Source: Zancudomyces culisetae HAW-14-8
Lineage: Eukaryota > Fungi > Kickxellomycota
Length of the DNA: 64,000 bases
Reading direction: 5' to 3'
NCBI GenBank assembly: GCA_052426225.1
Contig: JBNJNM010000006.1
Coordinates: 2,232,001-2,296,000 of the forward strand
The notes under the pieces are model-generated. The model did no database searches, was not told the DNA's origin, and was given only the letters and a program-made list of their open reading frames with translations. Below are positions 20,139 to 32,284 of this stretch, in pieces (the first letter of the stretch is position 1; each line of letters opens with the position of its first letter). Position numbers and translations under genes: made by a program.

Positions 20139-21428
20139 ATGGACTCACTGCTCTCAGAATTAGCAATGAAAACTGCTTCGATGGTAGGCCGTGCAGCATT
20201 TGGAGCAGCTAGTAGTTTAATTGTCAAACAAATAACCGAGTATATTAAGAAAGGAGCTAGCTTGGATAATAACCTAAATTCAAAAAAACGATACAACGAA
20301 CTTGTTACATTGAAGCATGAATTGCAATTGAAACTAAATGTATTACTCCCCATTGTACAATATATTGAAATTATGGCTACTAATCGGACCGATTCAATAA
20401 TAGAATACGCACTTCCGATTGTCGATGAAATAAAAATGATGATTGAGGAATTTTCGCTAGAGGGTCCATATCTAAAGATTGAAGAATCAAAAACAACCAA
20501 AGCTGTCGAACCTCTGAGAAAGGATACTAATTCACAGATTCCTCTACCTACCGAAATCAATGAAAAAATCCGCGCTCTATTGAGCAATATAAATGGGTAC
20601 CTACCTATTCTCAATCTGATTCTTTCAACTATCCAGAATTGCTCATCATCATTCCAAATTCATTCTACATTACCAATTTCGAAAACTATCGAGGCATCTA
20701 AACTAATCAGCTCCGGCTTGAAAATTACTTTCCCTGTTACATTATTCTATCTCTTCAAGTGTTCAGAGCGACCTCAAAATAAATCAGATTTTACTTGGAT
20801 GGAAAAAGTCTACAAAGCAGATTTGAAAATAATGACTAATCAAAAGTATAATCGCACGATAAACATTCTAAGAGATTTTAATGATGGCAGATTTCACAAT
20901 GAAGATGAAAAGGAATTCGAAATGCATTTTGATGTTTCGAGTATCCACAAAATGTTTTATTCGACTTCCGGATTGCTCTTGAATATCGAGGATTCAAATT
21001 CAGCTGTTTTAGTCTTGAAAATTACTTATAAAAACGAAATCGAATATTATGCTGTCAAAATGTTTGAAGATTCGGAAACAGTGCCTGAGTCATGCTCTGA
21101 TAGTGATTCTGAACTTGAGCTTGAGTCGGACTCTGCTAAGTCACTAGTTCGTAGGGCCTCCGATTGCGAAACGCAACTGTCGACCTGTAAAGATATCCAG
21201 CAGAACAATTCAGAAAATAAAAAAGATGACGGCTCTGGAATCTATCTATGCTCTGACATACGCCTGTTGGAGATTATCCTAAAACTAGCAGGGTTGGAGT
21301 CTTCTATGCAAAAGAGCCATCTTTTGATTCCGGATGAAATTCTCTTGTCTTATTTGGCCGAGCATAATTCACGCAGCGTATCCACTTCTAGTGCAAAGTT
21401 TAACAGTTCATCTACTTTGAATAGCTAA
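20139..21428 (+). CDS. YRB30: Ran-binding protein, Yrb30-like
   Basis: N-terminus MDSLLSELAMKTASMVGRAAFG, and motifs DFNDGRFH and MFYSTSGLLLNIED typical of the fungal RanGTP-binding family. Confidence 0.75.
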   Translation: MDSLLSELAMKTASMVGRAAFGAASSLIVKQITEYIKKGASLDNNLNSKKRYNELVTLKHELQLKLNVLLPIVQYIEIMATNRTDSIIEYALPIVDEIKMMIEEFSLEGPYLKIEESKTTKAVEPLRKDTNSQIPLPTEINEKIRALLSNINGYLPILNLILSTIQNCSSSFQIHSTLPISKTIEASKLISSGLKITFPVTLFYLFKCSERPQNKSDFTWMEKVYKADLKIMTNQKYNRTINILRDFNDGRFHNEDEKEFEMHFDVSSIHKMFYSTSGLLLNIEDSNSAVLVLKITYKNEIEYYAVKMFEDSETVPESCSDSDSELELESDSAKSLVRRASDCETQLSTCKDIQQNNSENKKDDGSGIYLCSDIRLLEIILKLAGLESSMQKSHLLIPDEILLSYLAEHNSRSVSTSSAKFNSSSTLNS

Positions 21429-21982
21429 AGTACAAATCAGTAGCACCATCCGCTATAGCATTATATTTTCTGTCGTAGTCTAGCACTTTTAGTTTTGGAT
21501 TCTTTGTACTAAATAGTACACATGTAATATTGATTTTATGTAGGCCCTTTTCGAAAATGCATGTCAGAGTTAATTTACGGCTGTTGTTCCCATGATATTG
21601 GTATGTTTTCAATTACTGGTAGTAGCATACGAATAACAGGGAGTGTGAGGACTACGAGATCTGAATGATAAATCAAGTCTCTGAAAACCAATGGCAAGTT
21701 AATTCTAACCACGTTTTCTTCCCCACCCTTTTTTTTCGTCACACTACATTTAGTAAATGATGTTCATACTTATCTTGCGAACACAAAACTAACACTGATT
21801 GCTCAGTATCTTATAACCTAAAGCCCCATAATTTGTGTTTCTTGTTAATGGATAACACAAATACTTTTGTTATGCTAGATCAAAGAAAGGGTTTACAAAT
21901 TCGTTTGCAATTTGATCCAATTGTATTTACTTTGCTTCCACAAAATATATTTTGAGAAACGTTTCAATATGTATGGCATATC
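21412..21982 (-). CDS. Candidate 3' exons of an unrecognised spliced gene
   Basis: Four phase-compatible exons (21931-21982, 21818-21874, 21579-21743, 21412-21508) with 56-74 nt GT-AG introns; no recognisable domain; 5' part unresolved. Confidence 0.35.
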
Positions 21983-24360
21983 CTATAACTCATAGAATTG
22001 ATGCTTAAATGATAAAACAGAAATTGTAGCCAAAATCATGATTTTTCTGCAGTGAATTCTCACATTTTAACTCATTTACAGTTTTCAATGAGTGTTATCT
22101 CTTCAAACACAATTCTACATAGTCATGCTTGATCTCACAATTACGACCGAATCAAGAATGGTGCTTAGAGATTATATATTCATATAGTAGGCTAAGGTTA
22201 TTCCCCATATTGAATAAAATTCAATGATTCATGTTTCTCTAGTTGCTTGAAATCTCTATATCTCAATCAAATTACTCAAGCTTCAAGCATCTTTACTATT
22301 CCCAAATTCCTGATTTTGAAGGCATCAGTTTTCAATAACTTTAGATACAATAAATCAATACAGGGATAAATATGGATAATACCCCTCAACTACGGACCTC
22401 TACCCCTCTATACACTGGAGAAAAGTCAAGACAAACAAAATAAAAATGCAAACACATGGCATCCCATCAACTAGTTCAAAGTCGACTTTGCTCATATCTG
22501 CCTCAGCCCTTTGCTGAAAAAATCACCCCCCCCCCTCAATTTTTTAAAAAGGAATTGCAATAAAAAAAATTTTAAACATTAATATATTTTGCAGACACAT
22601 AATATTAACCGATAAACTTGTATTTCCAACTATACCGAAAACATTTAAAAGTTAATACCTAACTTTGCTTTCGTAAACACCGGAACATTCTTTTGGTAAA
22701 ATACTCTGTAGTCTCTGAAAAAAAGACTAGATTCTTAAACTATAGTTTTTTTAGTTATGATAAAAACCACCTTTTCAACCTTCCCTTTACCTAAAAAAAA
22801 TCAACTCACATTTTTTCGCTTAGAGAACACAAATATGCATTTTCATTAGTACTCAATATCTTGCACTACCTATTGAATAAATTTTTTCTCCTTTTTCTTG
22901 ATATACCTGTATTTTCAAGTACAAAGATTAACTTATCCTGAGAAAAACTCTATAGGGTTAGATTACCACCCCCAATATTTCCTTAGGCTTGTTTGACTTT
23001 GTATTACAATATTCAGTTTCATCAAAATTCACTCAGCCACTACAAATCCTATTCCCTTCCTTCTAACAACATGTTAATTTACTAGCTATATCCTTAGTAT
23101 TCTTCTATAAATCAATAACTTTAATTTGATTTATATACACTAATATATACAAAGCTATAATAAGAAAATGTGACTTCATCCTGTAAGTATCATTTTGGAG
23201 AATGCAAGTAAATCTCAACCAAAATATAATCAATTAGAAATAGACAAAGTAAGAAAAAAAACATTTTCCGCAGGATAATTTCAACTGCTTCTCTTACCAT
23301 ACCATATCGTACCACTAAACTTAAAACTAAAATTCAACTCTTGCTATTAAAATACGGAGCTACTCACAAATCTTTAAATTCTCATGCTTTTTCCTATAGG
23401 ATTTTAAAACCAATTTTGGTAAATTACCAAAAATATATCAAAAGTCATGTTTTACCTTACTTATAGCTATTTTCTCTTCTTAAAACATTAACGATATTAA
23501 TACATGCTTCTACTTATCCAGGTTCTTATTACAAGTTTTTATAAAGTAGAAAGGTAGAATTTATAAGGCTAAGGTTCTAAAGTAAACTGAATCTCGTAGA
23601 GTCAATCAGCCTTTCGCAAAATATTGGGTTAATGATTACAGAATGTATTCAAGTTCGGCTCCAATTTCCATTTTATCATCTGTAATCCGCTTGTCTTGAT
23701 CTTGTTGTTAGTTAATCAATTGTGTTTTTTACAAAAATATTTTTTATTTCTTTTTTACTCCATAAAAATACTTTACCATTTTATTTACCAAGTTATTTAA
23801 TCTTTACATTAATTTTCATCACATACATTTCTCCTCTCTCCCACACATTACCAAATCAGGTGAGATTGAAAATAAAATGGGTGTTTAATTCTTTTTATCA
23901 TAATCTCTGGATTTGAAGGATACATAAAAAAGATTCGTTAGATTTCTATTTCCAGCCTAAATATGATTTACTAGCAACTTATTGGTACAAGAGTTACAGT
24001 ATTTTGAATACCAATTAGAGTATTAACCTTAACTAAGCTTCTATCAAAGCAGTATATTTATTTCCAACTTTATAGATACCAGCTGTTTAAAAATAAGAAT
24101 CTTTTATTAATTTTATAAATTGTAGTACAAGTAATATATTTGAATATGGCCTAAATTGGCGGTAAAATTTGTGCATATTAAACATTTAAAGTAAAATAAA
24201 TCATCTGCCCTTAATTTACGTTCTTGTGTAATAATGAGACCATTAATTAAATCCTTCCTTTTGCATTGATGACCTACATTAAGTCCAGCGTTTACAATCG
24301 CAGCTGAAACTTTGTGTCTTCTTTATCCATTAATTTAATAAATGGCCAAAAGAAGCATAT

Positions 24361-25703
24361 CTACAGCGCAATATTCCTATGCCTTTGATCAGTAGAAAAA
24401 TCCTTATGAAATTCCAACTGGTACTCGGGAAATCCAGAAGAAACACTCTTAAAGCCATTATTATCATACGGAATCCCACCACACCCATTTAAATCCATTT
24501 TTTTTTCGCTTTCCATGATACTCGATGGTGGGGTTAACAAGGCATCTATTGAATCAATTCTTCTGACCTTGGGTAGCTTGGCTTCAAAAACATTGAATGG
24601 GTTTTGTTTGCTATAAAGATTGTCTAGATTAAATTGCCGGTGACCTTCGTTGGGCTTATAACTCTTTATATATGAATATGTGTTGAAAAAATCATGGTCT
24701 GGTAGATAGTTTCTATCAAACTCCAAGCCCAGACCCCCAAACCCAGTTTCAGTATGATAGTTGTTAAGATGGTTTCCCATGAGCATATTTTTCTGAGCGT
24801 TCACATCTAGAAACTTGGAGTTTCCTAGTCCCGAAACATTTGGCTGTGGAAAAGTGGTGTTTTGGTATGGATCAATTTTGGTACTGCCTCTTTTAATGTA
24901 TCCGTTGTTTAAAAGACTGTTGTTAAGCAAAGTAATATAGCTCAGTTGATGGGTATTTTCATTCATCTCGCTGTAAACATCACTGTTTGTTTTGCAATTG
25001 ATATCAGAATCGCCTAGTAGACTAAGTTTATTGACTCCAGTATTCAAGTCTTTAGTGAGCCTGCTACCCTCAACCTGTGATAGACCATCAAGTTTCTTTT
25101 TCAAAACCTTAGCAAATAGTGGGTTGTTATCTACAGCACTAAATAACTTTTGTTGCTCGCTTTCAACCGTTTTAATAGGAGGCTTTGTTTTATTTTTTGA
25201 AGGGTCATCTATTGGATTGAGTTCGTTTATACTATGAGCAAAGTTGCATCGTATTCCAAATGTACATTTTCCAAGCGGAAAATCTTTACAGAGCGATGTT
25301 TTATACTTTTTATTTCTCTCCCTACGTCGCTGTTCGACTAAACCATGAGCAAACTTACAAGAATCCCCATATCTATATTAGTTAAAGTTTTGAAAACAGT
25401 TATTTTACATGTGGTTAATGGTAGTTTGTACTACAAGCTCAAGAGCTATTCAATAGTGCAGAAAATACAACCAGGTATACAATCAAACAACCAAAAAACC
25501 AAAAAAACGTGTTCTGTTTGTAACTGTTAAATATGAACACATTATCTTGAGATTTTAAACAAAACTGATATTTACCTGCAAGTTCCGTACATACTCCAAT
25601 TTTTGCACTGTTCGGTTTTGAAGAGCTCTTCCTTGATTACTACAGCATCTACTTTTGAGCTTTTATCTTCTACTTTTTTTGTTGTTCTTTTATGTTGACT
25701 CAT
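24361..25703 (-). CDS. Tandem CCCH zinc-finger mRNA-decay factor (TIS11/Zfs1/Cth family); exons 25576-25703 and 24361-25372
   Basis: Spliced product FKTEQCKNWSMYGTCRYGDSCKFAHG...YKTSLCKDFPLGKCTFGIRCNFAH; GT-AG intron in matching phase. Confidence 0.9.
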
Positions 25704-28386
25704 ATTTATTACTTTTATAACGACTTTTTTTGGTTGGGATAGAAAATGGTCTAAGGTGTTAGTACGAGTATATCAGGGAATTGGATCCAAGCAGTAAACC
25801 TGAATTTTTATCTAAGATGCGATGTGTCTAGGGATATTTATGGTTTTTCTGTTTGTATTGGTTTCTGGACACTTTTTAAGTTGATTATTATAGTGGTCGC
25901 AAGAGTTTTATGATATATATTTCTGAAACTAAATCAAGCTGGAAAGGTCGTTTGGGTTATTATATACTCGTTTTATATATTCCACTAAACAACAACTGTT
26001 TGACTCTGGTATGTTGAGTTTTTCTTTGACTTTGATATGCAAAATAGTGGGATTTTTATGGTTTTTGTTGTTTACTGTAATGCAATGAATCGTTTTCGGA
26101 ATGCCTTACTTTTTAAGCTCTTATTGTATAACTTAACAATTAGCCTACACAATAAATCCCAATTTACTGAATTGATTGAATTAACCACAAACCAGGCTAT
26201 GACTCCCTTTAATATTGTAGATCAATTTGTTTCTGTGATTTATTGTTTGACTTTTACTAATTTCTTTTTTACTTCCAAGTAGAATAATAGAATTCTAATT
26301 TTAATGTCAGCAGCATTTACACCTTATTTGTGGTTCCAATTGAAAAGGATAATTTTCGAAATGGGTTGGCCAATTTGAGCAAACTATTTCTGGTGATTGC
26401 AAGAAATCTTTATTGTCCAGGGATAGAAATATTTAGTTGGATTTACATATATGTATTTTAATACAATCAGCGGAGTTGTAAGCACCTTATTTATATTTAA
26501 AGTATCTACTCAGTTAATTTGTTTAAAATGATGTATGCTATTATAAGAGTAAATTGTTGCGATTTAAAAATGACTTGAAGGACTTATATATGTTTAATTT
26601 TTTTTAGTGCACCTGCTTCGAATAAAGTTGTGGAACTAATAAATATAGATTAAAATGCTAAATAATTGTTACTAGTATTCACCGCCAAAGGTAAGAAAAA
26701 GAATGCATAACATAAACGAATGTGAGTTTGCCTTTTTTCGTCAGCTGGTTTTAGTAACAAAAATCATTTAGTAGTATTTACTTTTCTTAGTGATTATATT
26801 GTATTAATCTTTCCATAGACACGATATTAAATATAAGACCAAGTTTGGCATAATGATTGGAGCCTAGTAAAGTTCACAAGTATTTCAATTACATTGTGTC
26901 TAGGTTTATAAGAGCTATATATTTTAGAAAAAATATAAATCTTGGTAATTGTTGCAAACTTCAAAAGTGCTATAATATAATACCTGTCAAGACTTCCCCT
27001 TCGTTCAATGCTTTTTATTATTCCGTATCTTTTTATTTTTCAAACTTTTTGAATCCAAAGTAGTTACTGGCTAATAAACAGTAGTGAACAGCACCTAAAT
27101 CTAATTTAGTTTCATCATGGAAAATAAAAGCACTACGCATAGGGAGAGGATACTAGTTCCCTTAAATCTATTAAAGCACTAAGATTCATAATCATCATTT
27201 CTGCATTCAACAACTGATTGTAGAACTAGATACACTGAGTATAAAAAATAAACACCAAGGAAAAAACCAAGTTGTTTTATAAAAAGTTAAATTTATTCAC
27301 ACAAGAACCAATCTATTTTGTGTAAATATTGAAGATATGCTCTTGGAATCAACTTTGAAGTACAATTTTTCAGAAAATGTGAGTTTTGGTAGAAAATGAA
27401 AAACAATTATGAGCAAGGAATATTTAAGAATAATGGGAAATAACCTAGAGAAAAAAAATAAGAATACGAGCTATTTTTCTACAAGACAACCAGACTAATC
27501 GTACTCTCAAGTGTATATTTGTGGGTGTCGAAACTTTTTTCTCTGTGCAGACTTGCAATTATTTGCTATTCGAACCTATGTATAATATTCTAAAAGTGAA
27601 CGGCTAATATCCATTGTCTCTAACTTTACCAACACTTAAAATTCAAAAGCCTGTTTAGTTAAATGTTCTACAGTATCTAAAATAAACTTTGATTACTTTA
27701 ACTTGAAACAGATATACTAAACAGTATTCTGATATCTGAACCCAGTATGTTGTGATATTGTTTAGAGCTCGCTTTGTGTTTTATAGTGGAAAAATGCGTT
27801 AGTTGAATAGTAGTAAAAGTATGAGAATTTCAAAACAGAGTCTGGATTGAGTTGTTCTTGTCCCTAGTGACAAAATACCAATACCACACTAATCTTTCTA
27901 CTTTTATGCACATAGTATCATACTATATATACAGTTTTTATTGAGATTATCTCATACTCTTGTGTTTTATAACTTAATTATGTAGTCTAGAATTAAATCA
28001 TTTTACCATTCTCGCATTTGATTATACACTAAAACAGATTGTGAAGGTTCGGGAAACGGATTTACTTTAAAAAGAATAACAAGGTTTTCCAAATGGAAAA
28101 ATGGAAAAAGGGCATAAAGGCAAAAGGGCAAAATGAAACTAAACGTGACTCAGAAAAATATTTTGCTGTTTATTTTGTTAACTCTATCAAGAAACTCGGT
28201 GTGGGAGTGGGAAGGGGTGGTAACTTGATACAAATAATGTCACAAATCTGAAGCTAATAATAAAGTTGTATTATGGCATAAACAGAGTGAAGTTTTTAAC
28301 GGGTAGCGATCTCTTGCGTTAATATACAATAGGTGCATATGCCTCTAGGACTACAAAAATATATTGTAGTTCAAAAATAAACAAAT

Positions 28387-30058
28387 TTATATTTGTTTAA
28401 ATGCAATTGTCAAGGGGCTGGTATAAGTGTAGTTCAGCATGCTTTTCGGATCATTTGCATACGAAAGATTTATCCCTGTATTTATTTTCTAAATGGAGAT
28501 TTAATATGAGAAAGATGTTAGACGTTTAAATAATCGTATCTGTATACATTGAGGAATTGTGGAAAGTATTTGTTGACAAGTCCATTACATAATGAGTTAG
28601 GGAAAGTTATATTAGGCTTACATCATGGTCTATAATAAATCCAACCTCAGAAGCTAGTAAAATAATCTCGTTGAAAGCAAGCTCTAGTGTTTTGGATTTC
28701 GTATTACCCTCGGTATGCCAAAGCAGCGGGCCAAGATTAATCCATAGCCCGCCAGGCTTTAGTATTCCCAATATTGTTTCTAGGTACTCTATTGGGTTTC
28801 TTGCAGTGTCCAGGAAAAAACAAGTTACCACCGCATCCCATTTATCTAGTTGCAGGAAATTTATACTTCTTTACTTTTTTAACTCCAAAGAGATCGATAT
28901 TTTATAGAATATTTGAAAAATGTTTACTTTGCTCGCCGTGTTTATAAGACTGTACAAAATCACCTGCTGCCATGGAGAAGTTACTTGTACTTCTCATCAA
29001 AAGCGTTGAAGGTAGTATCTCAGGAACATTTATTTGTCTAAACATATCTCCCGAATTCAATATATTGCTGAACGAATGAATGTAAGGGTAGATTGTACAT
29101 TGTCTTTCTTGCTGAGTGTAGTTCAAAATGAAATTCGAAATCATTAGCATTAGATAATCGTTTTCGTTTCCTTCACAGTTGAATCCAAGGTTCGCTATTT
29201 CAAAGGCTAGCCGACCCAACCCTGCTCCGGGAACCAAAATGTCAATGCTATTGAGTTTCTCCTTTGGGACATCGCAAAAGATGTCTTTTAGAACACCAAG
29301 AATAATTCCGTACGTAGCCGCCCGCTCCTCTGAGCCTTCTTCAGACCAATCTCTGACTAGAATTTTTAAAGCAGAGCTTAGCTTGTCCATATATCGTGGA
29401 TCGAAGGGCTCCTCGACCTCTTCTGAAACCAAATTGATAAAATTGTATATTTCCTAGTAGGTAAGGTATGTGAAAAATGACTTGATAGTTGATTATAAGC
29501 TGCTTTAATGTACAAAATATAAGAAGAGGTGATATATATATATAATTAACCAATTTCAAGATTGCTTACCTGTTTTGAAGGCACTTCAGCATTGTTATCT
29601 CTTTCTCCGCTCTCAGTTGCTTTGTCTTCTTTACTAGAAAATAAATCCTTGTCAAACATCATTCTATTTGCATGAGCAACTTTTAAGAAAAACAAGCTAT
29701 TTCTTTCAATACACCGGTGAATAGTTTTAAATTTTTCGTTTAATCCAATGTTCAAGAGTAGATTTCTGTGTTTTTGAGGTAGGCCCGAGATGTACCTAGC
29801 ACGCCTATTTAATACACTGTCAACAGTATATTCATTATATTTTATCATACTAGTCAACACCTCGTAATACGCGGTCTTTTCTAATTGCTCCATTTCGGCG
29901 TTTGGTAATTCATCGCTCGAATTTTGAGAATTTATTTTATCGTCATAGAGGGCGTCCTGAGCTGGATCTCGGCACCAAGAAAATAGGTCGAATTCTCCAG
30001 CATCGCTGTCCTCATTATTCTTGCTGACCTTTGTATTTTTTTGGGTATTTAAAGACAT
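28387..30058 (-). CDS. Carnosine N-methyltransferase (N2227 family), multi-exon
   Basis: VRDWSEEG, LVPGAGLGRLAFE, SMAAGDF, VTCFFLDTARN, WINLGPLLWH; last exon ends in TAA at 28387. Confidence 0.9.
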
Positions 30059-32284
30059 TTTATTTATTTCAAGCCCTATTTTTTTAAATAGGTTAAATTC
30101 CTTAAATCCATAACTACCGCAAAAGCAAAACAGCCTTTACTTTCAAACCTTAAATATGTATTTATTTAAATTTTTCTGCCAATCCTTGGATTACATTTTT
30201 GCAATTTAACTCGTAGCCATACTTTCAGGATATTAAAAAAGGGGGGGGGGTGGTGATACGCTGCCACAATTGTAGGTGAAAAATGAACGTAGATAGTTGT
30301 ATTTTAAAGGTATATGAGAGAGTATAAAAGTACTCGATGATACCTTAGTAGGTACATAGGATTGGTTGTTTAATGGCAATACTTGAACAGTTTGTAAGGT
30401 TAGTTAGAGCTTAGTCTAATAGAGGGTTTGTTGTATTGCTAAAGGAATTGACAATACCTGACACTTGGTATATTCTAGATATCACGAATATACCAAAAAA
30501 AACATTAACAGAACGTTAACAAAACTATAACAAAAAAACATATACTTTATTGTCCTGGTGGTAGTTCTGCAATACTAGTAATAGATAAAAAGAATAGTAA
30601 TCTTTACTAATACACACTAGTACAGATGTCTAAGGTTATTTGTGGTTTCAAGTTGATGTCTCAGCATTGATAATCTACATTAAATCCTGCAGTTAGCATC
30701 AGTCCCAACTAACATAATGGTGCTAAAAAATTGACTAATTAACCAAATCAAAAAGGTCACAGATGAGGTAAAAAAGACAAAATAATAAAAGCGTAATATA
30801 AAAAAGGCAGGCGTGTTGAACGGAGGTATTGAATTTTGATCTTTGGGATAGGGGATATTGGTAAATAGGCGCATTTCTTTTTTTAAAAAATTAATTATCA
30901 ACCATCGGCATTTTACTAGCGTATAGATATAGTTAATGAGAGAAAATGATAAAGTAAGATTAGTAAAAGTTAGATGATTAATGGCTTGGTCATGTATTAC
31001 AAGATATAAAAACAATGATCACAACACATATTGTTACTCTCCAGTGTTTTTTACTTGTTTAAGCATATGAAGTTAATTATCAAAGAAAAAAACAACCATT
31101 CACAGTAAAAATGGTAATCCTGTGTAGAAAAAACACCTTTTAAAGTGTATTAACATTAGTATATACGAAACACACATGGTACTGATGATTTTAGTACTAG
31201 AATGATGTTTAGGATTACAAGAAATCTATCAACTTTTTAGTCGCGAAAATTAAAAAAAAATTAAATGCTTTTCAGAAACAAATGGTCGATTTACACATGT
31301 TGGTGTTGATAATTGCGCCAACAAAGTCAAAAAAAAAGAGGAATATCACCAAAAATGGAGTAAGAGGTAATTGTGATTATGAGAATCAAGCAAATACTGG
31401 GGCTTATGTGGAAACTAGCCAATACCATGAAAATGAAAAGAGATTCGTAATATTTTTATATATTTTTAGCGTTTGGGATTTACATTTGAAATTCCACTTA
31501 AATCCATGACTATAAGTAGCGAATGAAAAGGAATAAAATACATTTGGAAAAGCGAATTCAGCTAATGGATAATTTATAAATCTGTTTATTTATGTTCGGT
31601 AAAATCTGACCGATGTTGTTGGCCGGAAATAAAAAAATAAGTAAAAATTGAGTGAAAAATTGCAAGTAAAGCTATGGGTGGGGGTGAGTGGATGAGTAGG
31701 AGAGCGGGAGAGCGGGATGAAGCGGAAAATTTAAAGAACGACGGAACAGTGGGTGGGAATAGCTTGTTAGTCGCAAACTAAAACTAAACTAAAACTAAAA
31801 CAAAAATAAAGAGTAAAAAATAAAAGGGTAAAAAACGAGAAACAATTAATCGTCCAACTTGACTAAAAGTGAGTTTAATGAATGCCAAATTGGGAAATAA
31901 AACAGAACAAGCTCAGAGGCATTATTGTAAAGATATCATAAATATACAAGCCCTTGTGCTTAACTCGACCAAAATTTTTTGTTTTCTATCAGTCAATCCA
32001 CTACTGAAACAATAATATTTAAAATATATTAAAGTGTTATACCCTGTTGAAAGAAGAAAAAAACAACAGAAGGAGTAGACATTTGCATAGATACAGAGCT
32101 AATAGAATATGTGTATTTCGATGAGGACCAAAGAGACAAAAAACTAAGCGGAGAAAACAAAAATCAATAAATTGTTACTATTTGAAACTCAAGCAAGAGG
32201 TGGCAAATTTACAAAGAAACGGATATATTCGCAGTTTAAATGTAAATAGATGTGACAGCACAAGATACATACAGATCCGCAGCT

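Noticed and set aside
21980-22290. Possible selenocysteine TGA codons in candidate exons (some early-diverging fungi use Sec)
   Set aside because: No selenoprotein homology or SECIS element recognised; the exon chain here is unresolved
30241-30253. G/C homopolymer runs (also near 22526, 45836, 46890, 55022) as G-quadruplex or regulatory motifs
   Set aside because: Isolated intergenic runs with no shared flanking context
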